DNA of 64,000 nt, from positions 1 through 64,000 of IMG/VR virus record IMGVR_UViG_3300033064_000910. One strand, 5' to 3'. The notes under the pieces were generated by a model, which worked only from the letters and a program-made list of their open reading frames with translations, was not told where the DNA came from and made no database searches. This document shows positions 39,605-48,651 of the stretch, in pieces. The translations under genes were made by a program, and so were the position numbers. The DNA comes from a virus. Taxonomy: Duplodnaviria; Caudoviricetes. The first letter of the stretch is position 1, and each line of letters starts with the position of its first letter.

Positions 39605-41260
39605 TTAGATAGCATTTAAATCTTTGATGTAGATTTTTCCATAATATTCCGGTCTGACCATCTTCTTAGCGTATCTAGTCATCACCCCGCGTCTTGGAGT
39701 GAAATTTTGAGGGTCATACACTAATGGAGTCATAATCAATGGTACATATGGAGCGTAAACAGCACCAGTCTCTAAGAAGTTGTTACCTCTATAACCCATC
39801 AAGATTTCGTTAGAAGTCATGTAAGGGTTTTTGTAAACTGTGTATCTATTGCTCATAGAACCTACTGCAGTAACACCAGCTGCGAATTGAGCTGCGTCTT
39901 TATCTGCATTTACTGTGAATCCAGGAATTGATTCCAAAATAGTACAAACATCTGGAGAAGCAACTACGAAGTTAGCTCCACCTCTAAGTGTCAATTGATG
40001 AATCTTGTTAGAAACTTTGTTCAATTTGATACCTAATGTTTGAAACCATGCATTCTTAGTGTATGCGTTAGAAGCACCACCGATGTTACCCCAAGCGTTT
40101 TGACCTGATGTACCATTGTTTAGGTATTCTTCACCTACAGTTGTAGACCAATATTCAGTTGTTAAAGCGTTTGATTTTAACATATCTAAGATTTCTAAAT
40201 CAATCTCTAAAGAGATATAATCAGATAACATAGAAGTTAATTCAGCTTCTGCATCAATTGAATGGTAAGCGTTCAAATCTTGTGCTAATTCAGGAGTCCA
40301 TACTGCTTTCAACTTACGAGTCTTAGCAACGATAGCCTCTGATTTCAATTCTAAGTCGATTTCAGGAATATCTAATGCAGTTGTTGTGTTACCAGCAGAG
40401 TTTGCAGTTGAATCTTCGAAATCACCTCTGTCATAAGCAACAGGTACTTCAGAATAGATAACGTCAAGATGACCACCAGCTAATGCCAATGAAGATGCAG
40501 ATACATATAATGCAACGTTAGTACCAGATACATAACTAAATTGACCTAAAGTACTTACAATTCCAAAACCTGCAGTTGCGTGTCCTTTCTGAACTTGGAA
40601 GCTTCTTACAGCTTCAGTATCAGCAGTTGCTGAAATGTTAGCTTTAGTTACAATGAATTTAACAATTTTACTAGCTGCTACAGAAGCTGAGTAAGCTTGG
40701 TCATATCCTAAATCAGCCCATGTTGCAGATGCTGAAGTGATATTTGCTGGTGCTACCGATGCAGTTGCATCATTTACTGAATAGCCATAACGTCCTTCAC
40801 CATAAAGACCGTTTGAAGCTGCGTCAGTTCTACCGAAGTTAGTAGCTGAACCAGTTGCGTTAGTACCACCAAAAAGTGATTTACCACCGAACTGTCCTGC
40901 TCCACCTTGTGCAGAACCATATTTGAAGTCTAAGAAGAAGATAAGACCTGAAGGTAAGTTCATAGGTTGTACACTTACGAATTCCTTAGATGCGATTTCT
41001 CCGAAGATTCTTCTTACTAATGGTAAAGCAACACCAGACCATTCTTCTGATCCTGATGATGTACCTGTTTGAGTTGCCTCATCCAACAATTGTTTTGCTT
41101 GGTTCTCTAATAGAACTGCCATAGAGTGTTGGTCTCTTTCTTTCATACCTTCTAGAAGACCTGTTTTCTCCCATTTGCTTTTCAATTGACGTGTTTCAGC
41201 CAACATTACTGCTTGTGGGTTCTTGCCTTCCATAAGTTTACTTAAATCAAAATTTGCCAT
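39605..41260 (-). CDS. gp23: Major capsid protein, T4 gp23-like
   Basis: VSVQPMNLPSGLIFFLDFKY; KTRKLKAVWTPELAQDLNAYHSIDAEAELTSMLSDYISLEIDLEIL; YAPYVPL...FTPRRGVMTRYA. Confidence 0.97.
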   Translation of the reverse strand: MANFDLSKLMEGKNPQAVMLAETRQLKSKWEKTGLLEGMKERDQHSMAVLLENQAKQLLDEATQTGTSSGSEEWSGVALPLVRRIFGEIASKEFVSVQPMNLPSGLIFFLDFKYGSAQGGAGQFGGKSLFGGTNATGSATNFGRTDAASNGLYGEGRYGYSVNDATASVAPANITSASATWADLGYDQAYSASVAASKIVKFIVTKANISATADTEAVRSFQVQKGHATAGFGIVSTLGQFSYVSGTNVALYVSASSLALAGGHLDVIYSEVPVAYDRGDFEDSTANSAGNTTTALDIPEIDLELKSEAIVAKTRKLKAVWTPELAQDLNAYHSIDAEAELTSMLSDYISLEIDLEILDMLKSNALTTEYWSTTVGEEYLNNGTSGQNAWGNIGGASNAYTKNAWFQTLGIKLNKVSNKIHQLTLRGGANFVVASPDVCTILESIPGFTVNADKDAAQFAAGVTAVGSMSNRYTVYKNPYMTSNEILMGYRGNNFLETGAVYAPYVPLIMTPLVYDPQNFTPRRGVMTRYAKKMVRPEYYGKIYIKDLNAI

Positions 41261-41285
41261 TTTATTTATTTGTTTTTATGGATTG

Positions 41286-42365
41286 TTATTTTATGATACC
41301 AGCTAATTGCTTAAAGCGATTTGCTAATTCATTACTTTCAGAAATAATTTCTTTCTTAGGAGCTGTTGTTGCTTGTGGTTTAGAAGCAAACCCTTCGGTC
41401 ATTGTCTTCTTAGCCGCAACTTTTCTTTCAGTTCCAGTAAATTTCATTGATTCTGCAAGTGTAGCGTAAACTAATTTAACTTCTCTTACGTTAGAAGTTC
41501 TGTCCAAATTCTCAACAACTTTAACCTTTTGTTCATTAGTTAAGTTATAAGAACGGAACAATTTGTTTGCATAAAGTAATTTTGCGTTTAACAAATTTAC
41601 TTCATTAATAGTGCCTTTTAAAGATTTAATAGTAGAAATTGCTTCTGCTAATTCTGATTGAAGTTTTTCTTTTTCTTCATCGTGATTTGCTTCTTCAGCT
41701 TCTGTTACTTCTTCTTCATCTTCACCATAACCCATTTCACGAAGGATTTCATCTAAATCGATTTCTTCCTCATCGTGTGCTGGTTCTTCGGCTTCCATAG
41801 CTGGTTCTTCAGCAGGAATTTCTTCTTCTGCATCGAACTCATGTTCGCCTTCTAATGCTGGTTCTTCAATGTGAGCTTCCTCACCTTCTTCACCTGCGAT
41901 TTGTGCTTCTAATTCTCTGATGATAGATTCTAAATCTAATTCATCTTCATCTTCTGCACCGAATTCACCTTCTGTTGCTACTGGTTCTTCTGCAGGAATT
42001 TCTTCTTCTGCACCGAACTCATCTTCATTTTCAGTTAGGTCTTTAACTTTATCGTAGTCTTCTACTTCGCTTCCAGCTTCGCCAGATTGCTTAGAGATAC
42101 CACTTAGGTCAGTTTGTGCTGAGTTTGCTTTGTCTGTAGGTTGTTTGTTATCACCAGTACCAATACCAGTAGAGATATCATTATCTTCATTCACATCTGC
42201 TTCTTCTTCTTCACCTTCCATTTCAGCGGTTAGTTTTTTAGAAAGAATAGATTGTAAACGAGGAGTAAATGCTTCTTCTAATGCGATTTTAGCGTTAGCG
42301 ATAGCAGTTTCACGTACAGCTTTAGCATCAGCAATTGCTTCTTTCAACAATTTTGAACTTGCCAT
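41286..42365 (-). CDS. gp22: Prohead core scaffold protein, T4 gp22-like
   Basis: Very acidic centre, coiled-coil ends (AKIALEEAF; NEVNLLNAKLLYANKLF); directly upstream of the capsid gene. Confidence 0.85.
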   Translation of the reverse strand: MASSKLLKEAIADAKAVRETAIANAKIALEEAFTPRLQSILSKKLTAEMEGEEEEADVNEDNDISTGIGTGDNKQPTDKANSAQTDLSGISKQSGEAGSEVEDYDKVKDLTENEDEFGAEEEIPAEEPVATEGEFGAEDEDELDLESIIRELEAQIAGEEGEEAHIEEPALEGEHEFDAEEEIPAEEPAMEAEEPAHDEEEIDLDEILREMGYGEDEEEVTEAEEANHDEEKEKLQSELAEAISTIKSLKGTINEVNLLNAKLLYANKLFRSYNLTNEQKVKVVENLDRTSNVREVKLVYATLAESMKFTGTERKVAAKKTMTEGFASKPQATTAPKKEIISESNELANRFKQLAGIIK

Positions 42366-42555
42366 TTGTTTTCCTTATTTATCGGATTTCTGAAGTCATT
42401 GTATTTGTGGACTTCAATAGAATGTTTTTATTGGCTTTTTGGTCACTACACATAAAGGTGAGTATTCATTACCAATGTAAAAACCTATATGAAATAGGTT
42501 ATTGTATCAATAAATATAATAAAATTAATAAAAACGTAATTTTCTAAAAAATTCT

Positions 42556-43878
42556 TTAGAATAAATAAATGTAATCAGTATATTTTTCTGATTTGAGCTT
42601 TTGACGAATACGCTCATCCGAACAACCAAAGAAGTTGGCGGCATCTATAATTGAATAAAATTGTTTACCATCACAACTTATGATAGGTAATTCTAAACGG
42701 ATATTGTTTCCCCATAAATCTTCCATTTCTTCGTAGGTAATATCCCAACCATCTGCTTTCTTCCAATGACGGTATTTGGGATTGTTTGATTCTATATAAT
42801 TTCTAGCTATTGATTCACTTATATCACCACCAATCAATTCTGCTACCTGTTTTGGATTCTCAAAAGGAACTCCATCAACTTCGTATTTAATATCGGGCTT
42901 TGTTTCCTCACCAATGATTTGCCACTCTTTGTATTTGGATTTGGTTGAACGGCATCTTCTTTGGACTTCGGTAGCTACTAATTCATTTGGGTCTATTGAT
43001 ATAGCTGCTTCTCTAAATGATTTGTATTGTTTACCATCAACCACGCATTCATAAGTCCCATCCCATTCAATATCTTCTGCAGCAATATCAGGGTTTCCTT
43101 TTACAAATACTAATATGTTTTGATGAACTGATGCTACCTTACGATTTCTTTTAAAGTATGTATCAACCACTCTAGCAGCCTGATGTTGGGAGTTGAATAG
43201 AATCATATCGTTATAGAAGTGTAGTCCAGCTTCTTCACATGCTCTAATTGTTTTCCAAACCAACCCTTTGTATTTACCGATTTTATAATTTCCGGTTACC
43301 GATTGTTCTCTTACTTCGGATACTACAACTGCAAAGAAACGATTATCTTTTAATTTTGCTGCAGCTTTTTTAAGAATTGAATAATATTTTTTATCAAATG
43401 AATCTGCATTCATATTTGATAGGTCTGCAGGATTATCGGTATATTTTTCCAAATCATAATACGGTGGACAAGTAAACACAAAATCCTGTGTTTTATCATA
43501 TATTGAATCAATAACCCACTCACTATCACCAGTAATCCAATTTGGTTTATCTGATTGTTTTTTATTTGCTTCTATTTGTTCATCGGAAAGGTCAATACCA
43601 TTATAGATAAATCCCATTTCAGTTGCAACTATACCCCTAACACTACCACCAGCAAAAGGGTCTAATACTCTACCTTCTTTTGGACAAAACCATTCATACA
43701 TCTTTTCACAAAGTGTAGCATCAAATATAGAAACGGTATTATCTTCCCAAAAACGTGCTCTTGATTCGGTATCTTCTCTACCTAATTCCGATTGGATATT
43801 ATAGGTGTTAATCCACCATCTTTTACGTTCTTGCCACTCTTTAGAACGAGTATCTAAAATTGAAAAAGGCTTAATCAT
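42556..43878 (-). CDS. Amino-type (N6A/N4C) DNA methyltransferase fused to three NUMOD1-like DNA-binding repeats
   Basis: VLDPFAGGS (SAM motif I) and FTCPPYY (motif IV variant); C-terminal VDGKQYKSFREAA / VDGVPFENPKQVA / CDGKQFYSIIDAANFFG. ATG at 43878 preferred to the TTG at 43884. Confidence 0.8.
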   Translation of the reverse strand: MIKPFSILDTRSKEWQERKRWWINTYNIQSELGREDTESRARFWEDNTVSIFDATLCEKMYEWFCPKEGRVLDPFAGGSVRGIVATEMGFIYNGIDLSDEQIEANKKQSDKPNWITGDSEWVIDSIYDKTQDFVFTCPPYYDLEKYTDNPADLSNMNADSFDKKYYSILKKAAAKLKDNRFFAVVVSEVREQSVTGNYKIGKYKGLVWKTIRACEEAGLHFYNDMILFNSQHQAARVVDTYFKRNRKVASVHQNILVFVKGNPDIAAEDIEWDGTYECVVDGKQYKSFREAAISIDPNELVATEVQRRCRSTKSKYKEWQIIGEETKPDIKYEVDGVPFENPKQVAELIGGDISESIARNYIESNNPKYRHWKKADGWDITYEEMEDLWGNNIRLELPIISCDGKQFYSIIDAANFFGCSDERIRQKLKSEKYTDYIYLF

Positions 43879-43881
43879 ATG

Positions 43882-43893
43882 CAAATATACGAA
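43882..43893 (-). promoter_or_regulatory. Bacteroidota-type -7 promoter element (TTCGTATATTTG, contains TAnnTTTG)
   Basis: Identical 12-mer also at 60227..60238; both lie directly upstream of accessory enzyme genes. Confidence 0.65.
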
Positions 43894-43918
43894 AAAAGCT
43901 TGGAATAACCAAGCTTTT
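43892..43918 (-). terminator. Rho-independent terminator ending the internal-head-protein operon
   Basis: Perfect 10-bp inverted repeat AAAAGCTTGG (43894-43903) / CCAAGCTTTT (43909-43918), 5-nt loop, T-run on the minus strand. Confidence 0.85.
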
Positions 43919-43929
43919 ATTTATATTTT

Positions 43930-45582
43930 TTAATCTATTGCCGATACATCTAATTGTGCATCTGCATTCATTTGTTGTATATATTCTTCTTCTTTATCTC
44001 TCAATTGAATTAAATTCTTTTCATATCCTTGAATTTGTTTAGTTAGTTTAATCAGGATTTGTTTTAAACTTTCTTTTTTCGTAGGGTCTTTCTCACTATT
44101 ATAAGGAACTACTGCTTTCTTTCTATCAGCCATTAATTCTTTAATCTTCTTTTCAACTGCTCCTGTTTTTAAAAATATTTGTGGAACTCTACCACTTGCT
44201 TCGTTTACTGATTCTAATTTCAAACTACGTTGTGCATTAGTTAAACCACTAATAATAGATTCGATAGCTTTTTTAGTTGCAGCTTCATCTCTCATCATAA
44301 CTCTTATTTCTAAAGCTTTAGTGTTTGCTTTTAAAAACTTAACAAATACGTTATAAATAGTTTTCCAATCTTTTTCTTTAATTTCTTCGTTTACTACCGA
44401 TTCATTAGGTACACAATTTGGAACTTGTCTACCACCCTTATCTTTCATACCAACTTGCTTATATCCTTTCCAACAAGGACCTTTATCTTCTTTAATAGAG
44501 TTACCCTCCATCACACCAACTGCAATATCACCTACTACAAAATCAGGCTTAGATACATATTTTTTATTTACGATAGCAACTTTGTTATTTGGAGTTGGTT
44601 GTATAATATAGATTGCCAATGGTTCGGTAGCGAAAGTATATTTCATACCTAATTTTTTCAATTCTGCACCAACATTCATAAATGATTTTGCTGCTTCAAC
44701 TGCTCCTTTGATTTTATCCATATCAGCAGAAGAAACTCCCTCACTTACACTTTCTTTACTAATGTTTTGTTTTTTGTAATTAGATAATGATTGTAATGCG
44801 TTTTTTAATCTTTGTTGAATAAGGTTTTTTTGTTCAGATGATTTTGTTGCTGCCATCTTATCTTTTAGTGCCTTAATTCTATTATTTAAATTTTGTATTT
44901 TTTCACCAGTGTTTGGTGCTTCGTTTACCGATTCATCTACGATTTGTACACCTTGTAAATATGTTCCAATTTTATCATCATACTTCATAATATAATGAAC
45001 GCCATCCATTCCAATATGTTTATTATATTTAGGAATTTTAGACCATTCTTTTTTACTAATAGTATGTTTTAATTTAGCAGGTGCTTCGTTTACTGATTCT
45101 TTGAATAAATTTGTAATTAATCCACCCGAAACATAATCCGGTAATATTTTTTCTAAATCTTTATGGGATACTTTACCCATTTTTTCAACTTTATTTGCGA
45201 AAGCTTTAGTTGATTGATTTTTTCTCATTTTATTTGCAATAACTTTTGCATCAACTTTTTTATCAGAAACAGTTTCGTTTACACTTTCGTTTGAATCACC
45301 ATATTCGTGATAGTTTCCAGATGCTTGAGAAATTAAGTTTTCTGCTTTAGCTATATGGTCTTGAATCCAAGCTGGGATTTGTTTTTCATCCTCACCCATT
45401 TTAGCTTTCAATTCAGTTGCCATCTTAATAATGATATCTATTGAATTATTTGCCATAGAAACTTCGTGGTCTTCACCCTCACCTTCTTTAATGAATGCGT
45501 TTGCAAATGGATTAGAAATTACTTTACCCATTTCAAATTTACCAAATGCTTTTTGAGATACCAATCCTGCTAAACTAATCAT
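43930..45582 (-). CDS. Putative internal head polyprotein (550 aa) of small modules separated by ESVNE motifs
   Basis: ESVNE x4, ESVSE and ESVVNE at module junctions; modules include EDHEVSMA...PAWIQDHIAKA and PCWKGYKQVGMK...VPNCVP. Confidence 0.65.
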   Translation of the reverse strand: MISLAGLVSQKAFGKFEMGKVISNPFANAFIKEGEGEDHEVSMANNSIDIIIKMATELKAKMGEDEKQIPAWIQDHIAKAENLISQASGNYHEYGDSNESVNETVSDKKVDAKVIANKMRKNQSTKAFANKVEKMGKVSHKDLEKILPDYVSGGLITNLFKESVNEAPAKLKHTISKKEWSKIPKYNKHIGMDGVHYIMKYDDKIGTYLQGVQIVDESVNEAPNTGEKIQNLNNRIKALKDKMAATKSSEQKNLIQQRLKNALQSLSNYKKQNISKESVSEGVSSADMDKIKGAVEAAKSFMNVGAELKKLGMKYTFATEPLAIYIIQPTPNNKVAIVNKKYVSKPDFVVGDIAVGVMEGNSIKEDKGPCWKGYKQVGMKDKGGRQVPNCVPNESVVNEEIKEKDWKTIYNVFVKFLKANTKALEIRVMMRDEAATKKAIESIISGLTNAQRSLKLESVNEASGRVPQIFLKTGAVEKKIKELMADRKKAVVPYNSEKDPTKKESLKQILIKLTKQIQGYEKNLIQLRDKEEEYIQQMNADAQLDVSAID

Positions 45583-45583
45583 A

Positions 45584-46132
45584 TTATTTCTTTTTATTAC
45601 CTAATCTTTCATGCATTGTATCAGTACTGATATCTGCTATCTCATAGTAACGATTTAAGATGTGACCCATATCTTCATATAAAGAATGTAGTCTTTCATC
45701 CATTTGTTTTGCTTCTACAGCGAATTTATCAAATGATTTACCCATCTTATCTAATTCCTGCATATTTCTTTTTACAGTCACATTATCAAACCAATCACCA
45801 CTTTCTCTCAGGGTCATTTCTTTTGCAGCCTCAACGATAGCACCTAAAGTATTTGCTACTTCAGTTACATCCGATTGTCTTTTCATTTGGTCTTGGAAAG
45901 TGTTGTAAGTAGAAATTATTTCTAAGAAGTGTTTTTTAACTTCGTTTGATAATTTTCTATCTCCTAAGTTTTCAGCTAAGCTGAATTTACCATTTACTAT
46001 TTTTACTTCTTTCAAGTTAGTTTTACGGATATCATTATATGCTTTATGCACAGTAGTTCCTTTTGGTGCATCAACTTTTAAGGTTATCTTATTGTTGTGT
46101 ACGAAATCGTATATATCAAAATTATTTGCCAT
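45584..46132 (-). CDS. Hypothetical head-module protein (182 aa, helical)
   Basis: Long ORF tightly packed between the protease and the polyprotein. Confidence 0.7.
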   Translation of the reverse strand: MANNFDIYDFVHNNKITLKVDAPKGTTVHKAYNDIRKTNLKEVKIVNGKFSLAENLGDRKLSNEVKKHFLEIISTYNTFQDQMKRQSDVTEVANTLGAIVEAAKEMTLRESGDWFDNVTVKRNMQELDKMGKSFDKFAVEAKQMDERLHSLYEDMGHILNRYYEIADISTDTMHERLGNKKK

Positions 46133-46134
46133 TT

Positions 46135-46728
46135 TTATGCTATTTCAGTTATTATTTCTCTCATTAAATCCTGTGCTTTACAGTATTCACCACAAGCATC
46201 AGTACCAATTTGTTTTAGTGGATTTACGGATTCGTTCATTGGGACCATAAATGCACCATGCGTTGATGGGTTTGAAACAAAGTCCCAACCAATCAATTCA
46301 AAATCGTCTGCCACTTCTACTTTATTTCCACTCAAAGGTTTAGTTGAACCCATACCTCTTGATGAAATACCCAATAGGATACCAGCTTTTAGTAGTTCTT
46401 TAAGTATATTACCAGATGGTGTGGATAAAACCTCAACGGTTCCACATAAATCATCACCATCCCACCATATTTCTTTAATATTGTGTGAAACATTCTTTAA
46501 GTTGATTACAGTAGAATCCGGATGGTCTAATTCACCCAATGCTCTACGCTCTTTAATGAACGTTTCGTATTTCTTAGCTTCTCTTTCTAATATAGGCTTT
46601 GGATAAACTCTACCATTTTGATTTTCGGCACCAGCTCTTTGCAAGACACCTTTAACAAGGGTTCTCCCACCTTCATCTTCTTGTACCTTAGCCTCAAATA
46701 ATTTCGTTTCTATTAAAAGTCCTTTCAT
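46135..46728 (-). CDS. gp21: Prohead core protease, T4 gp21-like
   Basis: GVLQRAGAENQNGRVYP, GELDHP, VSHNI, TPSGNI and GISSRGMGS motifs. Confidence 0.95.
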   Translation of the reverse strand: MKGLLIETKLFEAKVQEDEGGRTLVKGVLQRAGAENQNGRVYPKPILEREAKKYETFIKERRALGELDHPDSTVINLKNVSHNIKEIWWDGDDLCGTVEVLSTPSGNILKELLKAGILLGISSRGMGSTKPLSGNKVEVADDFELIGWDFVSNPSTHGAFMVPMNESVNPLKQIGTDACGEYCKAQDLMREIITEIA

Positions 46729-46737
46729 TATATATTC

Positions 46738-47157
46738 TTATTTCTTTGATTCCATTTTGCTCCTAATCTTATTAGCAATAGTACCTAATTGAGTTTTATC
46801 AATACCTAAACTATCAACTACTTGTGCTACCAATTGTAATTTTTGAGTAGGGTTTAATTTAGCATCTTTGATTTTATCAATTGCTAATTCCAATTTTTGT
46901 TTAACAGCTGATGGGATTACCGCTTTTGGTAACTCTGCTGAAATATCTTCGCTTACTGATTCATTCTTTTCACCTTTACCATTCCATGCAGAATCTACTT
47001 TATTAAAGAATGCTTTCTTTTCTTCATCAGACATGTCATTGATACCTTTACCTGCTTTTTCTAAAGCTTTAGCAAAAAACGCCTGATATTCGTTTTCTTC
47101 TACCATTACTTCTTTAACTAATTCTTTTAGTCTTGATTTTGTAATTGATGTGTTCAT
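46738..47157 (-). CDS. Putative internal head protein (139 aa)
   Basis: N-terminal ITKSRLKELVKEVMVEE and internal NESVSE; position equivalent to T4 gp67/gp68. Confidence 0.6.
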   Translation of the reverse strand: MNTSITKSRLKELVKEVMVEENEYQAFFAKALEKAGKGINDMSDEEKKAFFNKVDSAWNGKGEKNESVSEDISAELPKAVIPSAVKQKLELAIDKIKDAKLNPTQKLQLVAQVVDSLGIDKTQLGTIANKIRSKMESKK

Positions 47158-47158
47158 A

Positions 47159-47716
47159 TTATAGTGTTCTAATTTTTTCTGAAAGGTTCATTAACCTTTC
47201 TTTGATTTTATGTAAACTTTTGTGTGTTCTTTTATAGTAATCATCTCTCTTAACTCCATTCTCATTCTTTATTTTAGAATACCAGTTAACAAACTTTTCT
47301 ACTTCACCCAATTGTTGTTTGATGCTTGTCACACCTTTACTCATTTTAGCTTTAGGGGATGCATCTCCGTTTTTAATATCTAACCAACGATTTTCAGCCA
47401 AATGTAAATTCTTTTCAGCTAATTCCATACCACTAATAACTGCAATTTCTGCACCTGGTTCTTTTTTAGCTGCTGTTGGTTTTTCTTTTTCTTGCTTTAG
47501 ATTTAATATCTTTGCTTCCTCTAAATCATCAACAACCTCACCACCAGTTACGTTAGCCAATCTTTTGTTTTTCTTTGCAGTTTGACCTGGTTTTGAAAAT
47601 GCGTTTGGAGTATCATACCCAGCAACATTAGCCGTTGCAGACATTTCATCCAAAGTTTTTTGAATGTTTCGTTCTCTAACGTATTTACGAATTACTTCTT
47701 TTAATCTTGCTTCCAT
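47159..47716 (-). CDS. Putative prohead core/internal protein (185 aa)
   Basis: N-terminal MEARLKEVIRKYVRE; located between portal and protease; stop/start overlap at 47716. Confidence 0.6.
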   Translation of the reverse strand: MEARLKEVIRKYVRERNIQKTLDEMSATANVAGYDTPNAFSKPGQTAKKNKRLANVTGGEVVDDLEEAKILNLKQEKEKPTAAKKEPGAEIAVISGMELAEKNLHLAENRWLDIKNGDASPKAKMSKGVTSIKQQLGEVEKFVNWYSKIKNENGVKRDDYYKRTHKSLHKIKERLMNLSEKIRTL

Positions 47717-48585
47717 TATTTTACTTTAGATTTAAGTTCTTTAATTAGCTCATAAGAAAGCATAATAGATGAAACTTGAGAATCAGATACAGTTTTTCCA
47801 ATTTTCATTTTTTCTAAAAGGGAAATAGTTTCTGATAATTTAATTTGTGTAACTTTATCTTTTAGTTTTGATTTAATACCATTTAATTCTGCAATTATGT
47901 TTGGTAATTCCTTTCCGATATAATCTACGAATTTGGTAGTATTTGTAATGTTGTTTATATATTCTTTCAACAAATTCTTTTGAGAATCATCTAAATTTGT
48001 ATATTTTTTGTTAAAAGTTTCCACTAGAATCTTATAGGTAAGTAATCTAAGGTCTTTATCTTGTTGTTTATAAGTTTCAATCAACCTTTTTTCTTCAGTT
48101 GGTTGAATTTTTTGGGCGGGCTTTGATGTAATGTTTTCGATTAGGGTAATCTTTGAATTAAATATATCTTTAATATCATATCCATCTGCTCTTTTAGATT
48201 CGAATACTTTATATATAGATGCTAATGTTTTATAATTAGAAATAGGGGATGCTAGAAATTGTTCAATTTCAAATTTTTCTGAAATTTCCTTAATAAGATT
48301 GAATTTTTCTTTAGAAAGTGTAACGTGATTTAGCTTATTATGAGCATCACATACAGTTTCTACCAATCTATCCGCTTTTGTTTCAGAACTATACTTTTCT
48401 TTTAACAATATATCATAAAGACGTAATTCTTTGTTTAACTCCGTATTTGGAGAAAAGAATTCTCTTAAGATATTCTTTGCGTTTTCAGTCTTATCGCCAT
48501 TAAGAACTTCCAATGTTATTTGTCTTACTAATAATTCAAATAACACACCAGTATTCTTAAATTTGGAATGTTTTATTTTTTTCAT
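47716..48585 (-). CDS. Conserved hypothetical head-module protein (289 aa)
   Basis: Long ORF KIKHSKFKNTGVLFELLVRQ...; TATTTATA upstream at 48626. Confidence 0.7.
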   Translation of the reverse strand: MKKIKHSKFKNTGVLFELLVRQITLEVLNGDKTENAKNILREFFSPNTELNKELRLYDILLKEKYSSETKADRLVETVCDAHNKLNHVTLSKEKFNLIKEISEKFEIEQFLASPISNYKTLASIYKVFESKRADGYDIKDIFNSKITLIENITSKPAQKIQPTEEKRLIETYKQQDKDLRLLTYKILVETFNKKYTNLDDSQKNLLKEYINNITNTTKFVDYIGKELPNIIAELNGIKSKLKDKVTQIKLSETISLLEKMKIGKTVSDSQVSSIMLSYELIKELKSKVK

Positions 48586-48651
48586 TTACTTACCCTATAT
48601 TTATTCTACCCTATAAACTAACACATATAAATATAAACAAATTTTTCTTTA

